Shown: piece by piece, positions 36,594 to 49,074 of the stretch
Layout: each line of letters starts with the position of its first letter
Position numbering within the stretch: position 1 is the first letter of the stretch
NCBI RefSeq assembly: GCF_006345805.1
Contig: NC_043014.1
Span: forward strand, 39,928,001-39,992,000
Direction: 5' to 3'
Length of the DNA stretch: 64,000 bases
DNA from: Octopus sinensis
Lineage: Eukaryota
Made by a program: the position numbers and the translations under genes
The notes under the pieces: model-generated
The model's input: only the letters and a program-made list of their open reading frames with translations
Told to the model about the DNA's origin: nothing
The model's database searches: none

Positions 36594-36649
36594 CTACTGA
36601 CGAAGAATGTATCCTTTATAGGATTAATTCCGAAATTGATTCAATATAG
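36594..36649 (+). ncRNA. Type I hammerhead ribozyme
   Basis: CTA-CTGACGA-AGAAT-(ATCCT/AGGAT hairpin)-ATTCC-GAAA-TTGA-T-TCAAT-A-TAG; canonical core, AUA site, one mismatch at base of stem II. Confidence 0.7.
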
Positions 36650-39600
36650 TGATAACGAAATTAAAATTTTCTAAAGGTTAGTTGCCCGCTTTCAGTTCAA
36701 TTTTCCTGTAACAAGTGGATTATAAGTGGATAAATCAGTGTATTGGCTTTAGAATAACCCTCTTTAGCCCTTAATTATAAGATGTTTATACTTCAACCGT
36801 AAAGGTTTTTTTAATATACTGCCACGCTTTTTGATGGAATCCTTTTCTGTAGAGAAAGGGACTTCATCCTATATTGTTATATATATATATATATGGCCGT
36901 TGCCAGCCCCGCCTGGCACCTGTGCAGGTGGCACGTAAAAAGCACCCACTACACTCACGGAGTGGTTGGCGTTAGGAAGGGCATCCAGCTGTAGAAACAT
37001 TGCCAAATTAGACTGGAGCCTGGTGCAGCCTTCTGGCTTCCCAGAACCCCGGTCGAACCGTCCAACCCATGCTAGCATGGAGAACGGACGTTAAACGACG
37101 ATGATGATGAGTTAATCCAAACATGAACAAAGAGAAAACACAACAATGTGAGGACATGGAACAAGTATAGTGTTATTGGATGCTCAGGAAAGGAAAGAAA
37201 GAAGGAGGATTTAACGTGTCGAGCTCCACTCAAAACATTAAATATATATATATATATATGAGTCCTCAGTCAAATCGTCCAACCCATGCTAGCATGGAAA
37301 GTGGACGTTAAATGATGATGGTGTACAGACTTTTGTTCCAGTCAAATGTGTGTGTGTGTGTGTGTATGTGTGTGTTTGTGTTTGTTCCTCTCCACTGCTT
37401 GATAACCAATGTTGGTTTGTTTACATCCCTGTAACTTACCAGTTTGGCAAATGAAACTGATAGAATAAGTACCAGACTTAAAAATAAGTGCTAGGATTGA
37501 TTAGTTCAACTAAAGTCAGTCTAATGACTGAAACAAGTGAAAGACAGAAGATTCAGTGTCTATTCTGGCTTGATCTTATTCAGGGTGTATTTAATGGACA
37601 AATAAATTGTACAGAATTGCAATTCTTTCTACTGTAGGCACAAAGTGAGACCCCCTTCGGTTATGACTGACCGTGGGATTGCACCTAGAAAGTTACTCTC
37701 CCAGGCACAAGTCCAGGCAAGGTTATTTATGGAAGACCAGCAGTCACGAATGCATACCAGCCTTCCCTCTCCAATGCCACCAATGTTATCCAAGGGAAAG
37801 GCAAAGGCCGATACAGCTTGGCACCTGTGATGTCGCAACTCATTTCTAGAGCTGGGTGAACTGGAGCAACGGGAAAGAAAGTGTCTTGCTCAAGAACACA
37901 ACACACAGCCCGGTCCAGGATTCGAACTCACAACCTCACGATCGTAAGCTCGATGCTCTAACCATGTGCCTTCACACTGAAGGCACAAGGTCTGAGATTT
38001 CAAGGATGGAATGGTCAGGCAATTACATTGACCCCAGTTGTTCAGCTAGTAATTATTTTATCCACCCCTACAAAAAAAAAAAAAAGTCTATCTTGGCAGA
38101 ATTTGAATTCAGAATGTAATGAGTTGGAAGAAATACCGCAAAGTATTTTTTAACGGCACTCTAACAATTCAGCCAGCTTGCCGCCTTATTGTACAGAACT
38201 ATGGTAAAATGGAAATAAGCAGAACAAAAATTTCAGCATACGAAAAATAAGAAAAATAAATAAATACATAAATAAATAAATACATAAAATCTGCTTCTGA
38301 GGAATGTTAAAAGAAAAGAAATAATGTTTTAACATGACTGATCAATACTGTGGCCTGCCAAAAAAGTATAACAACTTAATTACTTAGGTGTAAATCTATT
38401 GATAAAGTTAAGGAATTCTGAAAATCATAGATCTTTAGAGCACAACAACAATTGCCATTTCTGTGTTAATCATTAATAATTTATGGAATTTTTCTTTTTG
38501 CATCTGTCAGTCAAACGATTATTCTGATTATATTGATTTTCTTTTGGGTGACAGATTTGAATGAATCATCGCATGTGCCTCCTTCCCACTGCTGACGAAA
38601 AAGAGATCGGCATTTCTTTCACGTCTTATCAATTCCCCTCTTAATGTTGTCACTCTTGACATATTTCCAATAGAAGCCATTGCTAACAACGTCTGACATT
38701 GAAGAGAAAGATAGAGAGAGATGGATAGAGAGAGAGAGAGACAGGGGGGGGGGGAATACATAGTAGGAGCATAAGACAAAAAGAAAGAAAGAAAAAAGAA
38801 GGGGAGATAAAGAGAGGAAAAAAAGGAACAATAATAGATTGTTAAACAATGAGTATTATTATGAAAATAGCATAATCATAAACAAAAATCACTAAAATTG
38901 TTCCAAGAATTAATTTTATAATAAAGGGTTTGTTAAAAAAAAAAAAAAAAGCATAGACAATGTTGTTTTACAAATATTTTCATTGCAGTGTGTGTCATTT
39001 TGTTAGTAGCAAATGGCTTATCTGAGATTAGTTGCTACTTAGCAACTGGAATTCTTGCGCTGCCAAAGAGCACATAATTATTATGGATAAACAAAACAAG
39101 TTAAAAAAGAGATAAATACATAAAAATTAAAGAAAGAAAGCAAATTTTTTTTTTTTTTTTCTTTCAGAAATCAGGAATAAAAGTGTTTTGTTGACAGGAA
39201 ATGGAGTTAATGATACATATGAAGATTGGAGGAAATTGTTTGAATTTAAACGATACTAATATTTTTTTTCTTTATTGACATCTGAAATTATATGTAGTTA
39301 AACTACAAATTGGAATACAAGTATGTCTCTTTCTTCTTTTTTTTTTCTTTCCTTCTCTTTCTAATTAAGGATCAGTGAATATTGATTTTTCTGAAAAGGA
39401 TTAATTAAGATCTCAGTTCAGGAGTGAGGAAGGAATGGAAAAGTGTGAAGTTTGCATCTTTTTCCTAGGGTTTTTAACAGCATAAATTGCATGAAATAAT
39501 TTCAGTAGGGAATTGAAACTGCATCTCAGATTTAATTATAATAGTCATCGTTGCTCTGCCAGTCAGGGAATATTGAAGAACTGAAAGACTAATAATAAAA

Positions 39601-39899
39601 TAATTGTTATAATTTTACTCATGGTGTTTTAAGATATGTCTCAATCAAGTAATTAAAAAAAAAAGAAAATTCCATCATGGAATATATATGCATTGGGTGC
39701 AGGCATTGGAATGTGGTTAAGAAGTTCACTTTATAACCATGTGGCGTCAGGTTCAGTTGCACTGTGCATCACCCTCTTCTTGTCTTGAGACAGCATTCAC
39801 CTGGGGTGGGTTGAGCTGGCTTCATTCATCCTCAATGCTGCATCTCTCACAAATGTCGACCAGACCTGGCGATTTGAGGCTAACGGCCGCGTGATCTCC

Positions 39900-40125
39900 A
39901 ACTGGCAGAAACTTTAGCATGCCGGGCGCAATGCTTAGCGGTATTTCATCTGCCGTTATGCTCTGAGTTCAAATTCCGCCGAGGTCGACTTTGTTTTTCA
40001 TCCTTCCGGGGTCGATAAATTAAGTATCAGTTACGCACTGGGGTCAATATAAGTGACTTAATCTCTTTGTCTGTCCTTGTTTGTCCCCTCTATGTTTAGC
40101 CCCTTGTGGGTAATAAAGAAATAAG
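39900..40125 (+). mobile_element. SINE family B; other copies at ~9785-10010(-), 21733-21893(+), 30240-30800(+, tandem), 31160-32560(+, several), 37990-38170(-), 53718-53929(+), 63007-63200(+)
   Basis: CTGGCAGAA..TTAGCA..GAGTTCAAATTCCGCCGAGGTCGACTTTGCCTTTCATCCTTTCGGGGTCGAT..AGTACCAG; tRNA-like A/B boxes. Confidence 0.8.
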
Positions 40126-41004
40126 AAACTGTGTGGAAGTTTGTCATGTGTGTGTGTGCACGTGCATTTGATGTGCTTGTGTGTGTGTAAGTGACGGCAC
40201 ATGACATAGTGGGTAGAGTATTCATTTCATGATCATGAGGTCATGTGTTCAATTCATGGCAGTGCCTTGTGTACTTGAGCAAGACACTTTATTTCACATT
40301 TCTCCAGTCCATTCCACTGGCAAAAATTAGTTGTACCTGTAATTTAAAAGGACCAGGCTTGTCACATTCCGTGTTATGCTAAATCTCCCAGAGAACTATG
40401 TTAAGAGTACATGTCTCTGTGGAGTGCTCAGCCACTTGCATGTTAATATCATGAGCAATATATACATGTGTGTGTGGATGTGTGTGTGTGTGTCTTGTAT
40501 GTGAGCATGTGTGTATATGTGTGTGTGTGTGAGTGTGGGTGTATGTGTTGTGTGTCTGTGTGTACATGTGTGTGTATGTGTGAGCATGTGTGTGTATATG
40601 TGTGTGTATGTGTGTGTGTTGTGTGTGTGAGTGTCTGTGTCTACATGTGTGTGTAAGTGTGCGTGTATGTGTTGTGTGTCTGTGTGTACATGTGTTTGTT
40701 TGTGTGTGTGTGTAAGAGTCTATATATGTCCTCCCTCCACCATTTCATAACCAGAAACAGTGTTAGTTTGTTTATGTTCCCATAATTTAGTAATCAAGCA
40801 AAAGAGATCTATAGAATAAGTACCAGACTTAAAAAATAAGTACTAGATTTTGGTTAAAAATTTGCTTGGCTAAAAACCTTCAACGTGATGCCCCAGCATG
40901 GCCACAGTCCAAACAACTGAAATAAGTAAAAGATAAAAGATTTTACAATTCATTTTGATTTTCATCTGGTCATTTATTCAAACCAGTGGATGCTTATTTT
41001 TTAT

Positions 41005-41735
41005 CATCATCATCATCATCATCATCATCGTTTAACGTCCGTTTTCCATGCTAGCATGGGTTGGACGGTTCAACTGGGGTCTGGGAAGCCAGAAGGCTGT
41101 GCCAGGCCCAGTCTGATCTGGCAGTGTTTCTACGGCTGGATGCTCTTCCTATCGCCAACCACTCCGTGAGTGTAGTGGGTGCTTTTTACGTGCCACCTGC
41201 ACAGGTGCCAGACGAGGTTGGCAAAGGACCACGATCGGATGGTGCTTTTTACGTGCCACCTGCACAGGTGCCAGACAAGGCTGGCAACGGCCACAATCTG
41301 ATGTGCATTTTACGTGTCACCTGCACAGGTGCTAGACGAGGCTGGCAAACGGCCACGGTCAGATGGTGCTTTTTACGTGCCACCTGCACAGGTGCCAGAC
41401 GAGGTTGGCAAACGGCCACGGTCGGATGGTGCTTTTTACATGCCACCTGCACAGGTGCCAGATGAGGCTGGCAAACGTTCACGATCGGATGGTGCTTTTT
41501 ACGTGCCACCGGCTCGGGGGCCAGACGAGGCTGGCAAACGGCCACGGTCGGATGGTGCTTTTTACGTGCCACCTGCACGGGGGCCAGATGAGGCTGGCAA
41601 ACGGCCATGATCAGATGGTGCTTTTTACGTGCCACCGGCACGGAGGCCAGTCAGGGCGGCGCTGGCAACGGCCACGTTTGGATGGCTCTCTTACGTGCCA
41701 TTGGCACTGGTATCACAGCTACAATTTCCATTGAT
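41005..41735 (-). mobile_element. RTE 3'UTR-derived element with 63-bp tandem array
   Basis: Same tail as 22935-23490; GCTTTTTACGTGCCAC recurs at 41181, 41244, 41305, 41368, 41431, 41494, 41557, 41620 and ~41686. Confidence 0.8.
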
Positions 41736-42121
41736 GTTGATCGATTTATCATTACTATTATTTATTTAAAGCAGCGAGCTGATAAATTCATTAGCGCTCG
41801 GGACAAAATGCTGTTGTCATGTTGTCCATCTCCACGTTCTGAGTTCAAATTCTGCCATGGTCAACTTTGCTTTTCAGATATGCAAGTGGTAATCTAATCA
41901 TAGAGTGCACTTAAAGGAAAAAATCAGTAGAACATCAATGTTTGCAATGCAATCTTATGCTTGTGGTAGATGTGAAGCTACCATGAGAAGTTATCAGATT
42001 TTATTAACCTTGGTACGGAGGGTATGAGGTTGTTTACATGTTGTTCTCCATCATGCTTATCAGGAAGTATCTATGTTGTAATTGGGTAATATTTGGTTAT
42101 GGAAGATTAAGGTAGTTTGGC

Positions 42122-42635
42122 AGAATTCTGCTATAAACACCCCATATAATTTCTTGTAACTTTTTTATCTTTTGGAATTTTTAGAAAATTTTTGCGAATT
42201 TGAGTTCTACACACGAATTATATGACTACAAAGAAAAAAAAATTTTTAATTTTTCGAATCTAAAAATGAAGTTTTAAAAAAAATTTTAGAATTTTCTTTT
42301 AAAATCAGAATTTAAAGTACAGACAGTATGAATGTTTTGCTTAAATTCCAGTAAACCATTAAATCTCGATATGGGGAGAAAGATATTAAAAAACATCAAT
42401 ATATATCAGAGTGACAAAGAAATGAGGACGGTGTCAGATGGTCATAAGATGTGCTAAAAATAGTAGCTAAATAGCTCTTAAATCACACACAAAACTTCTT
42501 TTGTTTTGGTTTTGACTTTTGCATAATTATATGAATTCTAGTGTGTAGAACACAAATTCACAAAACTTTTCTGAGAATTTCAAAAACTAAAAACAGTTAT
42601 GAGGGTTTATATGGGGGTGATTTATTCAGAATTCC
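42122..42635. mobile_element. MITE with long imperfect TIRs
   Basis: ~110-bp arms 42122-42235 and 42510-42635 are diverged reverse complements. Confidence 0.5.
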
Positions 42636-42922
42636 ACTGGTAGTTCAACTAGAAAAAAAGTCTTAATACAAATATAACAAGAAGCATGTTGTATAACAAG
42701 GTATATGACTTGATGCTGAAGGATAAATATAGGACGTAGAATGTGTTAATTATTTACATAATGTTTGTTCTTGTTAATTGTATAAATGAACCACAAAAGC
42801 CCAAGAGAAAACAAACAAAAATGTCCGGTACACTTGATTGCTAAACAAAGGTTATGATTACATAAGGATGTGTCATGAATGTGTATGTAGACTTATATTC
42901 ATTTATGTATGTATATTAACTC

Positions 42923-43007
<85 letters not shown>

Positions 43008-45150
43008 ATAAGTCTTTTTTTACTCTTTACTCTTTTCCCTGTTTCAGTCATTTGACTGTGGCCATGCTGGAGCACCGCCTTTAGTCAAGCAAATCGACCC
43101 TAATTCTTTGGAAGCCTAGTACTTATTATATCGGTCTCCTTTGTCGAACCGCTAAGTTACGGGGTACGTAAACACACCAACATGAGTTGTCAAGCGATGT
43201 TGGGGTAACAAACACAGACACACAAACATATACACACACATATACATACATACACACATATATATATATATACGACGGGCTTTCAGTTTCCATCTACCAA
43301 GGCTCACAAGGCTCTGGTCGACCCAAGGCTATAGTAGAAGACACTTGCCCATGGTGCCATGCAGTGGGACTGAACCCAGAACCATGTGGTTGGTAAGCAA
43401 TATTACTGCTGTTGTTTGTCAACAAGAACTTCCGGTGGTGTATATTTCGTTTGTCACTGTTATTTATGACAACCCTAACCCTAAAACCTTAAAGCTAAAA
43501 CCAGTACAAATGCACGAACGCTGTCATAAATAACAGTGACAAATGAAAAATACACCATCGATAGTTGTTGTTGACAAACAACGGCAGTAATTTTATTCAG
43601 CTGAATGCACATCATTGATTGGTTGAAATTAGCAAAATACTACAACTTTAATGTGAAATAACTTTGTAAATATAAGCTTTTCTCAAAAATGCTAAGAGTA
43701 AAGATGTTTTATATGACACATTCTACCAGTGTCCGAAGTTTGACAGTGTTTAGTTGCAAAAAATTATTTTTAAAATCTGTCGGTAAAAGACCCTTTGCAG
43801 TTAAATGAAGGATATTTTCGTAGGTAATTGGGTGTGAAGTTCAATGAGATAAAAAAAAAAAAAGAATTAATCTGTAATGAAACCGTTTCTGGAGCGGTAA
43901 AAATTTATTTGTAAGCAATATATGATGAGAAAGTAAGTATGAATCAAATGTACATTGAAGTACATTGGAGAATGCCTATTGACAAAGGAAACTGTATTAG
44001 CAAATAAAAGATGTTTAACTCCTTAGCATTTAAACTGGCCATAGGCATAGGAGTGGCTGTGTGGTAAGTAGCTTGCTTACCAACCACATGGTTCCGGGTT
44101 CAGTCCCACTGCGTGGCACCTTGGGCAAGTGTCTTCTACTATAGCCTCGGGCTGACCAAAGCCTTGTGAGTGGATTTGGTAGAGGGAAACTGAAAGAAGC
44201 CCATCGTATATATGTATATACATATAAGTAATACTAAGCAATTACTTAAATTTTCCTCGAATGAGGCTTTTACATGCCGAAGACTACTTGGTGTAATTGA
44301 TAATTTTTCCAAATTAATTAATTCACCCTTCATTATTACGGATTATGTATATACATATATGTATGTGTGTGTGTATATGTTTGTGTGTCTAATTGTCCCC
44401 CCAACATCGCTTGACAACCGATGCTGGTGTGTTTACGTCCCCGTAACTTAGTGGTTCAGCAAAAGAGACTGATAGAGTAAGTACTAGGCTTACAAAGAGT
44501 AAGTCCTGGGGTCAATTTGCTCAACTAAAGGTGGTGCTCCAGCATGGCCTCAGTCAAATGACTGAAACAAGTAAAAGAGTAAGAGTATATCTGGCCTAAA
44601 TATTTTGCTTTAGCTCAAACCAGTCAGATATGGCCTCCCTTACCTACCCTACATTGTCATTCTTAAAATATACACACATACAATTGAAATCTCAAAGCTG
44701 CAAGATAATGCATGATTAATTCAAAACAATGGATAATTAAGCATTACATTTGACAGAGTAAACTGAATGCTAAAGGGTTAAAAATAAAAATCACTTAAGA
44801 ATTGATCTTTTGATTTGTAAACAACTAATTAGTCTGCTTACTTTAATTTCCCATTTACAATGGAGATTATACCACTGACAGTCTTTTCTGAATAACTTGT
44901 TAGACATAAGCATATTCCCAAATTCCACATAACCTTGATAGCTCATGCTAGGTAATGTACTACTTCCATAAATAAAGAGCTTAAAAATATTCAATGAGGG
45001 ACAGGATAATCTCAGCAGCAAGACACAATTACAACACATTTCAAAAGACACTTTACATATATCTATTTTTTCATTAATAATATCACATATTCATACCTTC
45101 CAAAGTTTATATAAATATCAAGTTTTACAGTCTCTGATGAGGACCACATA

Positions 45151-46595
45151 TCTCTTATTATAAAAGGCAGATTTTATCTGCCTCCCTTTGGGAGTTATAG
45201 AAATCTACAATATAGGATTTCTTCAATTACAATTTACCTAGCATTTTTAAGAGTAGAATGCATCGGGTCATGCCAGGTCCAGTTTTTAAAATTTAAACTC
45301 CAATTAAGCAAAATTTACAGAAAACTCACATTCTGGTGTGTATGTCAAATGCTTTTCTTTGTCTGGTTTACAGCACATGCAAACGCACACACACAGTGTG
45401 CAACGAATAAAATGAAAGTAAATAGCGACAGAGTGATTTGAGGAAGACTAAACTGAAAGTATTTAAACCACTACTCAAAAAATAAAAAAACACAGCAAAC
45501 AGAAACAAATAAATACATAACCATTTACTCCTCACACAATTTCTTCAATTAGAATTTACCTAAGATTTTTCAAAGTACTCCATTCGCTCATGCCATAATA
45601 TATTTCTTTCAATTTCACCCCCAATTAAGACAAAATTCGAGAAAACTCAATATTTTAACATTTCACTCCGAAAGCATTGATGTACATGTGTGCGTGCGTG
45701 AGTGTGTGTGTGTATGTGTGTGTGTTTGATGGGTTGTGCGACACAGAAAGTGTGGTGTGTAAGTGAACTGCTTTTGTTAGTGTGTGTAAAGAGACAGACA
45801 GAGTGAAAGACAGAAATAACTGAAGTTTTCACTATGATATCATCACGTGCGAAAAAATTCGAAGGGTTTTGAACAATTGAGATACAGATGTCACGCCTGT
45901 ATTGAAACCATTGCTAAGCTGCCGTAATTGCTTAATTAAGACTTTGTTTAAATTGAAAGGGGCAAGTATGTGACGAGGTTGAAAAAAAATACCCCAGAAA
46001 AAAAAATGTACTGCTGGTATTTATATAATTCACTACTATTTTGCTACAATGTCATGAAAAAGAAAAAATTTAGGTATATAAATTGAATTCGCCACCCCCT
46101 TTTCCCCGTTCACGTTTGTGTAAAAAAAATTATTATTTAAGTTTTAAAAATTATTTACTTTGTTCAAAAAATATTAATATTAATTAATTTTCAAGAATTA
46201 TTTAATTTTATTCTGTAAAATAGTAATTAATTCATTTATCTGTAAATCCGCGAGGTTGTTACTCAGGCACCTACAATGGTAACCTTCAACTAACACTATC
46301 TCCTCCGAGACCCTGCGGCGCAAGTTGACCAAAATTGAGAGTATAGTAGAAGAAGGGTTGCTCTTCCTTCCGTAGAACATAAAATTCAAATCGGACCATG
46401 TTAACACCAAAAATTATTTACATCAAAAAGATGCTTTTTTCTATGAAAATCCCTATTTTTTACGATTTTTTCACTGCTGTGTCGCCACTTTTCGGTGTAT
46501 TTCGACCAGAAAAATGTTCACAAAATTTTTACTTTTCAAAATTACAATTCCAGCGGGTCGAAACAAACCCGAGCAACGCCGGGCGATACTGCTAG
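45151..46595 (+). mobile_element. Longer non-autonomous Helitron
   Basis: A|TCTCTTATTATAAAAGGCAG 5' end; ends CCCGAGCAACGCCGGGCGATACTGCTAG at 46595. Confidence 0.7.
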
Positions 46596-46965
46596 TCTCT
46601 CTATATATAAACGGCAAAATGTCTGTGTGTGTGTGCGTGTCCTTAATACAAATCCACAATTTTTCAGTTGGAGGGCTCGCACTTTCTATGGTCATTCAAA
46701 ACTGTCCAAGGGTGGTCATGCACATTTTTACATTTCCCCAGTCACCCCACAAAGCCATTAAAAAATCAATAGAAGTGACTTTTTTGTGAATTTTCTATCC
46801 AAAACCCAATCAAAATGCCTGAAACTTGATACGCCAATTAAATGCCAGCTAGCTCTATGAGATTGGTCAGAGATTTGGACAATACTCGCGTGTATGTGTG
46901 CATGCACGCAGCTGTATATGCATGCACAAGCACTATGACCCAGCGTTACTGGGTCATAGTGCTAG
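46596..46965 (+). mobile_element. Helitron with alternative 3' hairpin, head-to-tail with the previous element
   Basis: TCTCTCTATATATAAACGGC start; GCACTATGACCCAG/CTGGGTCATAGTGC hairpin then CTAG|T. Confidence 0.75.
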
Positions 46966-47000
46966 TATATATATAATATGTTATTGTAACTATATATATA

Positions 47001-47394
47001 CTAGCAGTATCGCCCGGCGTTGCTCGGGTTTGTAAGGGAAATAACTATATAAGCATTTTTAGAGAGTTATAGCCCAAAAATAGCAAAAAATGCATTAAAA
47101 ATTGAAAAAAAATTAAGGTAAATTTTTTTTTAAATCGTTGACACATCGTAGATATTTTTAGAGAGTTACTTCCCTTATATAAAAGCGAAAAAATGCATTA
47201 AAATGGAAAAATATGATGGTAAATTTTTTTAAAATCGTAGACTCATTGTAGACACACGCTAATACCCAGAAGGGCTCGATATGAATCACGACTATAAGAT
47301 ACCCGCTTTTGGTTAAACTGCACCGCAAAATGTGGGAGTAGTTAGGAATCTAAATCGTAGGAGACAGACACACAACTTCACTCTTATATAAAGA
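47001..47394 (-). mobile_element. Non-autonomous Helitron
   Basis: Same termini as the 21978 and 51026 copies. Confidence 0.82.
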
Positions 47395-47404
47395 TGCTTT
47401 TTTT

Positions 47405-47724
47405 TTTCAGTCATAGAGTTAGATTTATGAAGGTCTTCAGTAGAAAATCCTTCGAATTCTGACTCGCTGCTTGATATAATGAAATTCGTATCCATTTTTT
47501 GTCAGAATTACAAATTTTGAAAACACAATAGGAACAAATTTCGGAAAAAAATCTCCCATAATTCACGGAATTAAAATTACACTTCGATTTTTGTACAAAA
47601 CTGTAGTTGAAGTGTTTACGAAGTACAAGACGTGTTTTCACGAATGTACTAAAGAGATTTGCTCTGATATTCTCATTTAAATATGAATAGGTAAATTCGG
47701 GCGGCTTGGTAACGAAAGGGTTAA
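47405..47724 (-). mobile_element. piggyBac-like 5' fragment
   Basis: TTAA|CCCTTTCGTTACC end; acidic N-terminal motif SSSESEFEGFS. Confidence 0.65.
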
Positions 47725-47879
47725 ACGGATGCATACATTTATTAATCTCTTATTATAATAACTATATATAAGTGTCGTCTGTTTATACATAAACACTGTT
47801 TCATACTGCAATTATATATACATATATCTATATATAATATTATATAATAAAATATATACAGAGTAAAATAAAAACCAAT

Positions 47880-48612
47880 TTACCTTTTCTGTCCGTCCGT
47901 ATGTCTTTGCAAATGTGTTGGAATGATAAGTGAGTTGTGTTTTGGCGCCTTTTTTACTAATAACAAACACACACGTGTTTGTATGTAGTTGTATGTGTAT
48001 GTAGTTGTATGTAGTTGTATATGTATGTGTATGCGTGTGTGTGAGGAATGACACACACACACTCACGCACGCACACATGTACATCAATGCTTTCGGAGTG
48101 ATATGTTAAAATATTGAGTTTTCTCGAATTTTGTCTTAATTGGTGGTAAAATTGAAAGAAATTTTTTATGGCATCACCCACTGAAGTACTCTGAAAAATC
48201 ATGGGTACACTCTAATTGAAGAAATTGTGTGAGGAGTAAATCGTTATGTATTTATTTGTTTCTGTTTGCTGTGTTTCTTTATTTTTTGAGTAGTGGTTAA
48301 ATACTTTCAGTTTAGTCTTCCTCAAATCACTCTGTCGCTATTTACTTTCATTTTATTCGTTGCACACTGTGTGTGTGCGTTTGCGTGTGCTGTAAACCAG
48401 ACTAAGAAAAGCATTTGACATACACACCAGAATGTGAGTTTTCTGTAAATTTTGCTTAATTGGAGTTTAAATTTTAAAAACTGGACCTGGCATGACGCGA
48501 TGCATTGTACTCTTAAAAATGCTAGGTAAATTGTAATTGAAGAAATCCTATATTGTAGATTTCTATAACTCCCAAAGGGAGGCAGATAAAATCTGCCTTT
48601 TATAATAAGAGA
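47880..48612 (-). mobile_element. 3'-truncated Helitron of the 45151 type
   Basis: 48052-48612 is the reverse complement of 45151-45712; no CTAG end found. Confidence 0.7.
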
Positions 48613-49074
48613 TATATACTAGCATTATGACCTGGCAATGCCAGGTCATAGTACTAGTCTAAAAATACAGCCAAATGTGCAACCTAAGCACAATTGTAGG
48701 CTTATTGTGCATCCTAAGCACAATTGTAGAATATAAGTACATATGCATACACACATGTATATCAGGACTCATACACAGTCACTTTCCTGACTTTTGTACA
48801 TAATTCTATGTACTGTATATGCACCTTTGATGAGATGCAGTGCACACAATAATTCCATTATTATCATTATTATTACTTAACCCACATTAGCTGGGAGTAA
48901 TGCTGTTGCTAGATTCATACACAAATATTCAGTATCTTAGACGATATTAAAATACAAAACAAAACAAAACTTTTCATTTAGCAGAGAAACCTTCATTTAG
49001 CAATACACTGCAACAACTAATGCACTGTCTTCTCATTTGTTTCTTTTATTGTCATTATAAGACCATCAGCTTCA

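Noticed and set aside
41181-41700. CRISPR-like array (constant motif with regular spacing)
   Set aside because: The would-be spacers are near-identical to each other, the array lies in an RTE 3'UTR found many times in the window, there are no cas genes, and the DNA is eukaryotic.
44842-44946. Exon MSYQGYVEFGNMLMSNKLFRKDCQWYNLHCKWEIK|gtaagc
   Set aside because: Good donor but no convincing acceptor, homology or linkable partner exon.
45130-45150. CTGATGAGG hammerhead core
   Set aside because: No matching stem II or GAAA half was found; the sequence is cut by the Helitron at 45151.
46198-46410. Captured protein-coding gene inside the long Helitron
   Set aside because: No recognisable motif in any frame and no splice signals that make a sensible exon.
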